Positions 39,577 through 64,000 of a stretch of DNA of 64,000 bases are shown piece by piece. The notes beneath the pieces were generated by a model. It saw only the letters and a program-made list of their open reading frames with translations, ran no database searches and was not told where the DNA came from. The position numbers were made by a program, and so were the translations under genes. The first letter of the stretch is position 1; each line of letters starts with the position of its first letter. The stretch lies in the NCBI GenBank assembly GCA_963693365.1, contig CAVNZM010000009.1, positions 7,793,408 through 7,857,407 of the forward strand, written 5' to 3'. Source of the DNA: Amoebidium appalachense. Its lineage: Eukaryota > Protista > Ichthyosporea.

Positions 39577-41388
39577 ATGGGAGGCAAAGAGCAGCAGGAA
39601 GCAGCTAGAGGCATAGCAGAGGCGCTACCCTGTGTGCTGTTTATCAGCGGGCGTCGACCGGTAGCAGACAAGCAACAGTTAGACGCTGCTGGCATCACAT
39701 TTATCATCAATGGTAGGTCACTATGACAAGCCGGTATTACCTTATTAGTAATCGGTAACCAGTCTCCCTCTCCCTCCCTCACCTTCTCTCTCCAGATTCT
39801 CCCCTCTTTCCCCACTCTCCTTTCCCCACTCTCCGTCCCTCTCTCCCTCAGCTCCCCCCTTCCATCCTTGCTCCCTCCCTCCCTCCCTCCCTTCCTCCTC
39901 TCGCCCTCCCTCTTCTCTCCTACTCCCACTTCTTACCGCCACCCCTTGTCCTCTCCCACTCTTTTACTCCACGATCCATCTTCCCACACTCTTTTGTCTC
40001 GTCCCCGCCCCAACCCACTGCATCTCTACCCCCCTCCTCTGGCCCCTCTTGCCTCCCCTCTCCCCCCCCCGCCCCCCCCCCCCTCTCTGGCCTCTTCCCC
40101 TATTCCCATTTTCCCTTCTCCGAGCTCCCCCTTCCTCTTTCCCCCTCCGCCCCCCCCCCCCCCCCCCTTCTTTCGCCTCCCCCCCCTCCCCCCTCTCCCC
40201 CCTGCTCCTTGCCCCCCCCCCCCCCTCCCCCTCCCCCTCTCTCTCTCGGCCCCCCCCCCCCCCTCCCCTCCCTCTCCTGTCTCTCTTACTTTATCTCCTT
40301 CTCTCTTCTCTCTCTTACACACATTTTCTCTCTCTATTTCTCTCCCTTGCTATCTCCCTTGCTCCCTCCCTCCCTCTCTTTCTCTCCCTCTCACTCCCTC
40401 CCCCCCCCCCCCCTCCCCCTCCCCCCCCCCCTCTCTCCCTCCTCTCTCCTCCCTCCCTTCCTCCCTCTCCCTTCCTTACCCATACCCCCCTTCTCGTCTC
40501 TCTCTCTCTCTCTCTCTCCTCCCCCCCCCCTCCCCCTCTCTCTCCCCTCCCCCCTCTTCCCCCTTTCTCCCCTCAGCGTCTCTCGCCCTGTTTCTCTTTC
40601 CCTCTCGCTGTCTCCTTCTCCCCCCCCCCCCCCCCTCCTGCTCCTCCTCCCCTCCCCCCCCCCCCCCCCCGCGCCCCCCTTCGTCTCTTGCTCTCATACA
40701 CCCTTTGCCTCCCCCCCCCCCCCCCCCCTCTTCCCCCCCCTGCCCCCAGGCCGCCCTAAATCCACCTGTAAACATAGCTTCTGCACAACATGGGTTTCCG
40801 TTTCTCTTTGGTCATGATTGATTGTGTAGTCTAACCGATATATTTTGACACCCTTATTTCTTTTGGCCCATTGGTGAAGGTATTCGCCACGCTAATATAT
40901 CATGAATACAGTCGTAACGAAGCTCGTATAATAAAACAATAAAAAAGTAGGAATATTTTCTTGAGACTAGTTAATCCTCTCAATGATAAGCATTTTTTTG
41001 GTTGTTGCCTAAACAGGCACAGATGGACCCCAAACTGCACACAAACTGAACACTAAAATAATTATAAAAATAATACATCCCTATGCCTGTATATAACCCA
41101 AACACACGGCAACATAAGGCACACTACACCGGGAAAACCACGGAGAAAAATAGATAGTGCATTTTGCTGACAAAAAGCATGGCTTTACAGCAGCGGCAAA
41201 GGACGTCCCCTGCTATTTCCCCACCGAATTTTGCTATCACACTATTCACGTCGAGGATGAGGGGGAGGAAATGCTATGTGAGCATTTTCAGACGATCCTG
41301 GATATTGTGGATAGAGAGCGGAGGAATGGAGGGAGGACCCTGGTGCACTGTCAGGCAGGTGTGAGTAGGTGAGTTGGTGTGTGTGTGT

Positions 41389-41444
<56 letters not shown>

Positions 41445-43012
41445 AGAGAGAGAGAGGGAGGGAGGGGGAGGGGGCAGCACAGGAGGGTGTGTGTGTGTGT
41501 GTGTGTGGTGGTGGTGGTGGTGGGGGGGGGGGGGGGGGGGGGGGGGGGGATGATGTTAGCCTCGGTGCACATGCAGGATGTTACACAGGACTCATGGTGC
41601 TTGTGGGTAGATGTACGTGGCTAAGTGTGTGTGTCTGAATGCTATTGGGCTAATTGAAGTTTGTCGTAGAGCCTCCTTGTCATCCTCTTATTTTTTAATT
41701 TTTTTAATTTTTGGTTTTATCACATATAGGGGTCTTATTTTTTGTTGCATCAAAGAAGAACGGGGTTAGTGGTTATCCCTTCCACGCCGACTTCCACATA
41801 CTAAACTTAATCTTCTATACTTTTCATCTAGTTCTGAACCACCTCGCCACCACTGAAACAGATGATGCCTCGAGCTCATATTAGTGCATTTGGTGTCCCA
41901 AGTCCCACACACAATTGTCTACTGCTGCTTTTATGTCCCCCCCCTCCACCCACCCACACCCACCCACCCCCCTCCTCCCTCCCCTTCCCCCCCCCCCCTC
42001 CCCCCCCTCCCCCTACCCCTCCCCTCCTTACACCCACACACCCCCACACCCCCACGCAGCATAAATACACGTGCAGGTTTTTTCATTACACACACACACG
42101 GCATACATTCTCACACTCACTACCAACATACCAGCCTCACCTATCACAGGTCGCTGTTCCAAGGCCTACCACCTAGTGTTCTATTTTTGGATCTACCGCT
42201 ATCTAAACTTCTATTTATAGGTCCGCCACACTGGTGTTGGCCTACCTAATGACCGCCGAGAGATGGACTCTCAAAGACTCCTTTCTGTATTTGAAATCGA
42301 GACGGCCCATGGTTCGTCCAAACAACGGTATGTGCACTGTGTGAAAACACTGGGTGTATAGTTGTTTTTTCTATGTGCTGTACTTTTTTTCTTTTCTTTG
42401 TTTTTTCATTCCACCTTTTGTTATCCGTGTTAAAAGTTTTTTTAAACGTGTCCCGACCCCCCCCCCCCCCCCCCCCCTCCTCTGCTTTCCACGAGAGAAA
42501 AGGGGGGATAGGGAGGGGAATGAGAGTTGGTGTGGAGCGGACTGGGTAAGGGAAGAAGTACGGGTGGGAGGGTGGGGATGGGGGCAAAAACCGCTTTGTC
42601 GTTCCGGTGATTCTGCCCCTTTTGGAGCATTCCAACCTGCCTCCAGCCACCACAACACACACACACGGCCTCTGTCTTTTTCATTGTCCCTTGCTGGTTT
42701 CTGTTTGCTATTGTCACCACCACACCCATTTTATGTGTGATTTATTGTTTGTGTTCCGCAAGGAAATAACATGTTTACAATGCCCTTAGGTGTTCTCTCC
42801 TCTCAAGGGTTGTAGGGGCAATGCTGTGAAGAAAGAAGCTGTTTATGGTGGGGTTTATCGGTGGTGGTATTGTATGTGTGTGGCTGTGTGCGTGTGTTCG
42901 TGCTTCCGCGCCTGTGTGCCTGCATGCATGCATCCCTGTGTGTTTGTGTTAACGGACATGGTTGTGGTCTTTATTTTGGGTGGTGGTGGTGGTGGTGTGT
43001 GTGTGTGTGTGT

Positions 43013-43092
<80 letters not shown>

Positions 43093-43956
43093 GGCGGGGG
43101 GCGGGGGGTAGACAGACTAGTGCACAGTTCATCTCTTTATGCTCTGAGAGTGATCTGCCAACCGCATCACACAGGCTAAAAATAGTAACATGTGCTCTGT
43201 GCCTGCAGGCTTTTGGCAACAACTGATTGGCTACGAGGCTAAACTGTATGGAAAGAATTCAGTGCACATGGTGATGGGCCCGAAAGGTAGCCCCCCCCCC
43301 CCCCCCCCCCTTTGTCTTCAATGCGCACTTCGTACTCTGTCTGTCTGTATTCTACCCCCCCCCCCCCCCCCCCCCCCTGCCCCACCCCTTCCCTTAACCC
43401 CCTCGTCCCGTTCCCCTTCCCGGTATGCGTGGTTAACAGAATGTTTTTTTTTACCTTCTTTTTTGTCCGAATGAAACCGTTTCGGCTTGGCTTGGATACG
43501 TGTTGGCATGTAGATTCTCCTTGTGTGTTAAAAAGTGTTTGTATAGGGGTTTTTGTTTAGGTGCTTGCTTAGAGTGCATTTACACTTAAAGCTGTATGTT
43601 GGTATGTGGGCGTGTGTGCCCATCCTTGTGTGCCTACATATGTGACTGTGTTTGTGTGTATGTAATGCATGTGTGTGCGTGTGTGTGTGCTTGTGGGTGT
43701 GTGGGTGGGGACCGTAGGTGTCTGTGCCTTTTATATCCAGCAGCGGGCTTTGGTGGCTTGCACACGATTGGTTGGTTGTTCACCATCATGTCTTATTTTC
43801 CTTGGATTCTTCATGTTGGTCGTAACCCCCCCCCCCCCCCCCCCTTCCCCCCCCTTAAAAAAAAAAATAAAAAAATAAAAAAAACAAACAAAGAAAGAAA
43901 GAAAGAAAGAAAGGAATCCTCTTATCCTGCTATTGGGCACGTTTCTGTTTCTCCGC

Positions 43957-43991
<35 letters not shown>

Positions 43992-44182
43992 TCACCCCCT
44001 CCCAGGCTCTCCCTATCATGCATTGTGTTGTTCGCCATGAGTTTGCACTTAATATGTACACATTGGGCATTCTATATCATATTCGACCCCCCCCCCCCCC
44101 CCCCCCCACACACACACAACCCCCCCCCCCCCCCCCAACCCATCCACCCAGCACAGACACACATATCCACGTGCGCGCGCGC

Positions 44183-44247
<65 letters not shown>

Positions 44248-44417
44248 CATGCATACACACACACACTGAATCCCCCCCTCCCCCCCCCCCCCCTCCCCCC
44301 ACCCACCCACCCACCATTCCACCCACCCACCCATTCTTCATTTCCCCAGGCTTAACCCCAGACATCTGCTTGAAACAAGTCAAGGCCTCATTCAGGTCTG
44401 ATGTGGCGCAAGAATGA
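39577..44417 (+). CDS. Atypical dual-specificity protein phosphatase (DUSP14/18/21-like), 5 exons: 39577-39712, 41191-41368, 42221-42327, 43209-43286, 44350-44417
   Basis: All introns are GT-AG and phase-consistent. The protein reads IAEALPCVLFISG..AGITFIIN / ..HVED..TLVHCQAGVSR / SATLVLAYLM..LKSRRPMVRPNN / GFWQQLIGYEAKLYGKNSVHMV / GLTPDI. The catalytic HCxxGxxRS is intact, and the tail resembles that of the DUSP14/18/21 group. Confidence 0.92.
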
Positions 44418-44671
44418 GAAAGGGAACAATTCCCATCTACTCTCTCCTCGCGATCATCCAGTTTCATACTGCAGCTGAAAGGAATTCAGTCAAGCGGGGA
44501 AAACCTGAAAAGGAATACCGGGATTTTTGTCTTTTCCCGGGATTGATTCAATTTTTCTGTCCTTGAGAAGAGTGAGATTGGCCATGGCCCATGTCGGGTT
44601 AAGCTGCATGTGGTTCGAGGATGTTGGATTTTAACACACAACCGCCGGTTGAATGAAGTGAGTTTCAGTGA

Positions 44672-44705
<34 letters not shown>

Positions 44706-45082
44706 TTTTTTTCCCCTTTCAAACACCCCCAACCCCCCTACCAACATTCTTCGCACACGTGCATGCGCATGTGTGCGCGTGCACGTGATACGCACACACA
44801 TATACAAGCACGTGTACTGTACACGCACACACACCCCTCATGGGTACTTATTACACAATTGGCCGATAACCATCTTTAGCGCTTTGCTGCGCGAAGAGTC
44901 CCAGAAATCACCCTACCCAACCGTACAACCAAACTTTGAGTGTCGTCCCTTGCATAGCACCAGTGTAAAAGAAGGGGGGGGGGGGGACGCGCCTTGCTTC
45001 CGTTTTCTTCCTCTCCGTCAAGTTTCAAAATTCTGTTTCTATAAAAGTTACTGGACGTATGTCTATTTGACTTACCGGTGAA

Positions 45083-45114
<32 letters not shown>

Positions 45115-45296
45115 TTTTCCAGATCGTAACTTACGGCCAAGTGCTATCGACTACTCCACCTCCGTGCCCACCACACATCCTTTTACGACCCTCCAGACCC
45201 TCCCACTTTGCCGAGTTTGCATTGTGTCAAGATTACTTCGTCGAGTCGTTTGAAATTTGAAATCACTTTTGCATTGGAAATTCAGCAACTGTTTGG

Positions 45297-45330
<34 letters not shown>

Positions 45331-45699
45331 GGAATTAAAAACAACCCGCAAACGGTGGAAATTTCACGACCATTGCAGCTCAATGCATACTCGGCGACAA
45401 AGCTGGAGCGGGCGGAAAGGATATGTACGTGGGAGTTTACTAATACAGTTATCCTAGGGCCTGGATTTTCAACCCGGGCAAAGCATAAGTTTTGTGAAAG
45501 TAGGAGGATCATAACTTCTGCTGTTGAGTTGTGTTTAATTAACCTACAATTGGCTTCTGTATACACGAATTTAAAGTGACACTATTTATTGAGACATGTT
45601 GAATAAAGCATGATGGAGGGTCAGGCACCTTTGACAATAACAATAACTCGAATCTGGTCACCCAAAGAATGGTCACACACACTTGGAGGTACGTAAGGA

Positions 45700-45746
<47 letters not shown>

Positions 45747-45868
45747 GTGTGTGTGTGTGTGTGCAATTGCTGTGTGCGGGTACCCTCTCTCTCTCTCTCT
45801 CTCTCTCCCCCCCCCCCCCCCTTTCTTTCTCTCTCTCTCTCTCTCTAGGTTTATTTCTCTGTGTGTGC

Positions 45869-45942
<74 letters not shown>

Positions 45943-45964
45943 ACGTGTGTGCGTGTGTGCGTGC

Positions 45965-46031
<67 letters not shown>

Positions 46032-47438
46032 CTCGGATGTGGGTACGTGGGACCGACGTGGATGTACGTGTGTGCGTGTCGTTGGAGTGTGCATGCAAAT
46101 AAGTTAATTGTTAACTGTGGGCGTCGACGTAACTTGAAGACAGAGCGCGCGCCGGCTGCGGAGGCATGAAAGAAGCCTTGATGATACGACATGTATGAAC
46201 TCTGAGGGATTAAGGGGGGGGGTGGGGCCGGGGGGAAAGGGAGGGAGGGGGGGGGGGGGGGGGGGGGGGGGGAGGGGGGAGGAGGGGGGGCATATTACAT
46301 TAGAAGTAAAGGCCTTACAAAAAAATGGATACTGGCTCTATGTCAGTAACAGACTCGGATCTGGCTGGACCCGTTTTTTTTAATGTGGTGGCACAGCCCA
46401 CACTGAGCTGGGACGTACGGCATACACATACAGTACCAGGGCACTCACGTGCATGACATACAGTCCTCTCACGTGTGCTTTGGAATTTTGGAGCCCCAGT
46501 AGTCGCGCCTGTCTGCCTGTAAACAAATGTCTCGCTTATGATAAATACAAATAACGTTGCGGCCATCCGGATCCATGGCCACACACACGAGGGGCAGGGC
46601 TGTCTTTTGACTGGATCTCGGTGTTTGCTGTTTTTAACCGTCATCTGCAGTATGCACAGCGTGATTGCTATGGGTATCGAGGAAGAAAAATGTTCAGGAA
46701 CAAGTACATGTGTACTTAAATGCGGTTGCTAACACAATTCAAGTATGCCTTACCATATATTAGTGCGGTGCTCCCTAAACCTTTCACCTTTCATGATACC
46801 AGTGAGTGTGCACATGTGCAATTTGCGGCAAGACAAAGGAAATACCTTCTCGGCCTAGGGGGACTCTTGATTTAAACAAAATGCGAGTGATGATTGGAGC
46901 AGAGGTACCAACCAATAAAAACACAAAATACATATCCATCTGATTGGTTCTTGTGATACACACAAAATATAATAGCCATTTATGGCTTTTCTTGGGTGTA
47001 GATCTAGCCAATCGATATACGGCTGGAATTCAATTGGTTTAGGGGGCTGCCAGGATTACAAACAAGCCGCAGCTGGACTGTGACAGTTTGAGAACTCACC
47101 GCGAGCAGAGTAACGCACACAACACTAACGGTATCATAGGCTGTATTGGCAATGCGTTACATCGATAGTAAACGCAAAACCTATAACCCATAAGCATAGG
47201 ACAGGCAATACAAGACTGATAGAACGACACGGTCTGAATACACCGGTTGTCATTAAGCTAGTTGCAGAGCCGTTTTTCTAGTGTTGTGCCTACCCGAGGA
47301 ACATACGCTGTGTAAAAGCAGAGCGAGAGGGTTCCCAGAGTAGCAGTCGTATTACGGCACATAAAGCAGCATCCGCCATTCATTTTCTCAGATATCAAGT
47401 AAAGGCAGGACCGCATTGAGCAATCGTTTTTCTCAACC

Positions 47439-56847
<9,409 letters not shown>

Positions 56848-57835
56848 ATGGATAATCGAAATTTCGGGTGGATAGTCGAATGTATGTTTTAGCTGTTTGG
56901 TTTTGCAGGTTCTCTTTATGTGAAAGCCTCATTAATGCACTGCCAAACACGCATTCGCACATATGCTATAACACAAACACACACACGCACTTTTTCACAC
57001 TCACACACAGTCTCTCTCAATCAAGCCCTTTCTCTGTCTCCCTCCACCTCTCTCTCTCGCTACACTCTCTCCCTCTCTCCCTCTTTCAATCCCCTCCCTC
57101 CCTTCCATTATCTTTCTTCCCTCCCTCTCTCCCGGTTCTGGGATCAGAAATTCCTTCACTTCACAATTTGTACAAAAAAAATTCTTTTGATGCAAGCGTG
57201 TTTGGCTAGTAGGACGGCCAAGATTCTGGTTTTATTCTCTACATGTGCACGAATGATGACAGAGTGTAGTTCGAGTTAATTTTTAATGACTTGATATGAT
57301 TCGTACTGGATTTGCACGTCAGAGATAGAGAGACGCTCCGTTACAATGTACGAACGGTGAGGTCACGATGATTGAGATGACGTTTTTGGAGAATCTGTTA
57401 TTTAGTATACCCTAACTAGGCTGAGTCGGTTTTCAAGCGATTAAGGCTTTTTGCTGGATGTGGTGTCGGGCCACGGATAACGTTAGAAATAAAAGAGAAT
57501 AAACTAATCGTGATCACTTTAATCCATGCTCACATGTCGCATGAACCCTCCTCCTCCCCCCTCCCCACTTCTCGTCCTCTCCTTTCCCCCCATCCTCACT
57601 CCTCCCCCCTCCCCGCTTTCTCCTCCTCCCCCCCCCCCCCCCCCCCCCTCCCCCCAAGCACACCCACACACACGCACACACACAAAAGAAAGGGGCGGGG
57701 AGACAGAAGAAAAGAAGGAAAGTTGGGCCCGTTCGTCGCTCTTGCCTCACACCTGCAACCTCCCTTAATTCTCCTCTCTCTCTGCCTCCCTCCCTCTCTC
57801 CCTCCCTCCCTCCCTCCCTCCCTCTCCCTCTCCCT

Positions 57836-57913
<78 letters not shown>

Positions 57914-57919
57914 GACTGA

Positions 57920-57954
<35 letters not shown>

Positions 57955-58105
57955 GATCTCTCTCTCTCTCTCTGACTGAGACTCCCTCTCTCTCTGACTC
58001 CGGTACACGTGTGTAGCTCTATCTATGCATTTCTTACAAGAGTTCATCAACCGTGCCACATTAATGAAGGTGAACTTCAGGCTTCGAGGACTTCATTCAA
58101 AATAA

Positions 58106-58150
<45 letters not shown>

Positions 58151-58508
58151 CTGTGAGTGAAGAATTATCTATGTGCTTGGTTCGGAGAGACTGTGGGGGG
58201 GGAGGGGGGGGGGGGGGGGGGGTCTCATGCAAGATGATTGGGGTTTCGAAGTTCTGTTTATCAGCAAAATTTATAATATTCACCTCCTCCTAGTCACGGT
58301 ACGTACCTACACGACGCCGATTTTAGGCGGGGGCACATCCACAGGCCTGAACTGAGCATTTACAACTTGTTATGGGATTCCTTTGATATTTCGCGTCAGG
58401 GGGGATTTTCAGATCCAACCCGCTAAATTCCGCCTAGTAACTACGACCTGTTTATTAGATGTATTCAATTGGCTTGAGAAACACATCACTACAAAATTCT
58501 AGCGCACA

Positions 58509-58593
<85 letters not shown>

Positions 58594-58634
58594 CCAGCTG
58601 ATACCAAGTGTCCCAGGGAGCCCCCCCCCCGTCC

Positions 58635-58687
<53 letters not shown>

Positions 58688-58876
58688 CGGGGAACCCCAA
58701 CTAATTGATTTTTCTTAGTCTTTATGGTGTCTCATAGTGAAAGTAAACCCTGATATATAGTCATCACCCGACATCTATGTACGTGATCATGATATGCCGC
58801 TGAGGGGATATTCCGAGCAAAACCCCCCCATACCTGAGATTGGTCTCTCTTTGCCTCGAGTAAACAGCGTAGACCC

Positions 58877-58917
<41 letters not shown>

Positions 58918-59119
58918 CTTCTTCGCTTTGACTACGCGCCCGCCTCTCCCCTTCCGCAACTTACGCATTAGCACGCCACAATAAAACCATTGAACAATAG
59001 GTAATAGGATGTGGGGTGAAGGGAGAACACATTATTCACTACTTGCACCGCTACACCTCATTACACTGAGCATTTGAATGGAATCTGCAGTAGCTAACAG
59101 TTATGTTGGCTCCCACCAG

Positions 59120-59271
59120 GCCATACATCGATGGTGCAAAAACACAACGTGACTGTGAGCCAATCATAGAGGCTGAACGTGACCAGAAGCCAATTTTAAA
59201 TAGGACCGTACAAGCTGAGAGGGAGACCAACGAGATATCAAAGCCAAATGCGCCAGAGGACCCCCATCGTC
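59120..59271 (+). other. Inverted paralogous exon of the adjacent minus-strand gene
   Basis: Branch point GCTAAC at ~59093, acceptor CCACCAG and donor GTAAGC. Encodes PYIDGAKTQRDCEPIIEAERDQKPI, similar to PLPDDG..SPRDSEPIREEARDQRPM on the minus strand at 61142-60984. Confidence 0.6.
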
Positions 59272-59521
59272 GTAAGCACATTCCCATTCCCTCAAAGGGA
59301 AGATGGATGCGCATAACACGCAAATGTCACTGCCATGGCTATTGAATGTGCAAACAGTCTTTCTCACAAAGATAAAAGGCGGCTTAGAGTCGGCAAGGGG
59401 GGCGGGAGGGAGGGGGGGGGTTAAACGTGAACTTTTGAGGGTATGACAACATGAAGGAGGGGTGGAGGGGGGAGGGGAGGAGGGGAAAGGGGGGGGGGGG
59501 GGGGGGGGGGGGAGTTACCTG

Positions 59522-62510
<2,989 letters not shown>

Positions 62511-62792
62511 CTGCATGGGGGGGAGAGGGGGGGGGGGGGGGTAGATTAGATGAGGAAAAATGGGAAGGGGATGGGGCAGGGTGGAGGGTAGAGAGAGGGG
62601 ATGGGGGGAGAGGGGGGGGGGAACAGGGTTTCGTCCGCCTCGTTCGGATTGCATTGTGGGCAGACAGGGCATTTCAAGGAGGAAGGGCAGGAAAACGGAC
62701 CAAAGCCAAAAAAAATCCCAATCACATATGCTCTTTACCTAAAAGTGCAAACATCTCACACAAATAGATGCATATGCACACACACTCTCACA

Positions 62793-62827
<35 letters not shown>

Positions 62828-63093
62828 AAAGGAAGAGGGAAAACTTAGGCACTAACACAATTGCACAAGAGGCCCTCAGTAAACGTTCCCCCTCGCATAT
62901 CCCTCCCCCCCCCCCCCCCCCCCCCCCCCCCCACCCCCCAAACCACGACAACCACCATCCCTTCCCGTTCCTTTCGAACACTTGCAGCTCCTCTTTTTCA
63001 GTCTCTGCCCCACACTTCTCTCTCTCTCTCCCTCCCTCCCTCCCTCCCTCCCTCCCTCTCCCTCTCCCTCTCCCTCTCCCTCTCCCTCTCCCT

Positions 63094-63165
<72 letters not shown>

Positions 63166-63313
63166 CCCCTCCCTCCCTCCTCCCCCTCCTCCCCCCCCCC
63201 CCCTCCTCCCGTCCCCCCCCCCCCCCACCCTTCCGCCCACTCCTTCCCCCCATTCTATTTTCTTTTTTCCTCTCGTCCTGCCCACTGACGGTGCCCCCCC
63301 CCCCCTCCCCCAG

Positions 63314-63809
63314 GTGCAGTGTGGTGTCCCGTTCGACCCCGAGAGCCAATCATCATTGACCTGGCTACATGCCTGCTCCTTCGCCTCTGGAAAGGTATGC
63401 ACCACATAAGCCCCCCCCCCCCCCCTCTCTCTCCCCCCCCCCCCCCCCCCCCCCCTCCCCCTTCTCCTCGAGGGAATAAGAAAAATCTGGATAAACCTAA
63501 ACGGAAACTAGCCAACCCATTCCTCACATCAAACGTTCGCTGACACGTCTGCCTGCACAACATGTCGGCCCACTGTGAATCGTGTGTGCATTTAAACACG
63601 CATACACGTGCACAATCAAACACACGTGACTATGTAACGGCTATATGCACTGTTGCTCCCAGGCAGAGCTCGTGCATCCACAGATATGAAAAGTATCCAA
63701 TTCCAAACGACAGGAACATTCACTCACTCGGCGCACCCACGAAACCCCTTTACACATACACGTACACGCGCGCGCACACACATACACACACACACACGCA
63801 CGCACACAC

Positions 63810-63840
<31 letters not shown>

Positions 63841-63943
63841 GGCACTGCCCCACGCTGCAGGCTGGGCCTGCAGAAGTCCTGCCGGGGAAGCCCCCAGGGT
63901 CACGTGATCGTGGCCCTCAGCCAATGGCCCCTCTCAGTGAGAG
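63314..63943 (+). other. Two putative plus-strand exons (63314-63394, 63842-63943) of an unidentified gene
   Basis: CCCCAG|..|GTATGC and (CA)nG|..|GTTGAG boundaries. Lengths of 81 and 102 nt with open frames. GC-rich unique sequence between microsatellites. Confidence 0.4.
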
Positions 63944-64000
63944 GTTGAGCTGCCCGGTCCTTTTTTTTTTTTTTTTTTTTTTTTTTTTGGTTTTTTGTTT

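Noticed and set aside
46446-46475. Two CACGTG (Pho4-like) boxes ~1 kb upstream of the phosphate transporter
   Set aside because: CACGTG arises often in this CA/TG-rich sequence, so no enrichment can be shown.

Overview
Eukaryotic, intron-containing DNA saturated with simple repeats (poly-C/poly-G runs up to ~60 nt, (CA)n, (CT)n). Most entries in the ORF track are microsatellite artefacts. Supported content, left to right: (1) an intronless VIT+vWA (VWA5A-like) gene broken by one stop and about six frameshifts, all of them +1 (5.8-8.45 kb, +); (2) a tandem array of 3-4 decayed paralogous units with a repeated 'G-x-D-C-G' module (11.5-28.8 kb, +); (3) inserted into that array, a very young non-autonomous Ty3/Gypsy-derived LTR element (16583-20170, -) with near-identical LTRs, a GGCAT TSD, a tRNA-Arg PBS that is partly duplicated, a PPT and only pol relics; (4) an intact, intronless APC amino-acid permease with TATA/CCAAT promoter (-); (5) a spliced TPR gene (-) head-to-head with a 5-exon DUSP14/18/21-like phosphatase (+); (6) a 12-exon SPX + Pho87/90/91-type phosphate transporter whose SPX ligand surface looks degenerate (+); (7) an orphan minus-strand gene built from symmetric phase-2 exons, with duplicated and inverted exon copies carrying a fixed-spacing CGTGAC-N6-CCAAT motif. 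Gene content suggests a unicellular opisthokont or protist, but the taxon cannot be established from sequence alone. Exon models were built by hand from GT-AG signals and reading-frame continuity, without any searches.
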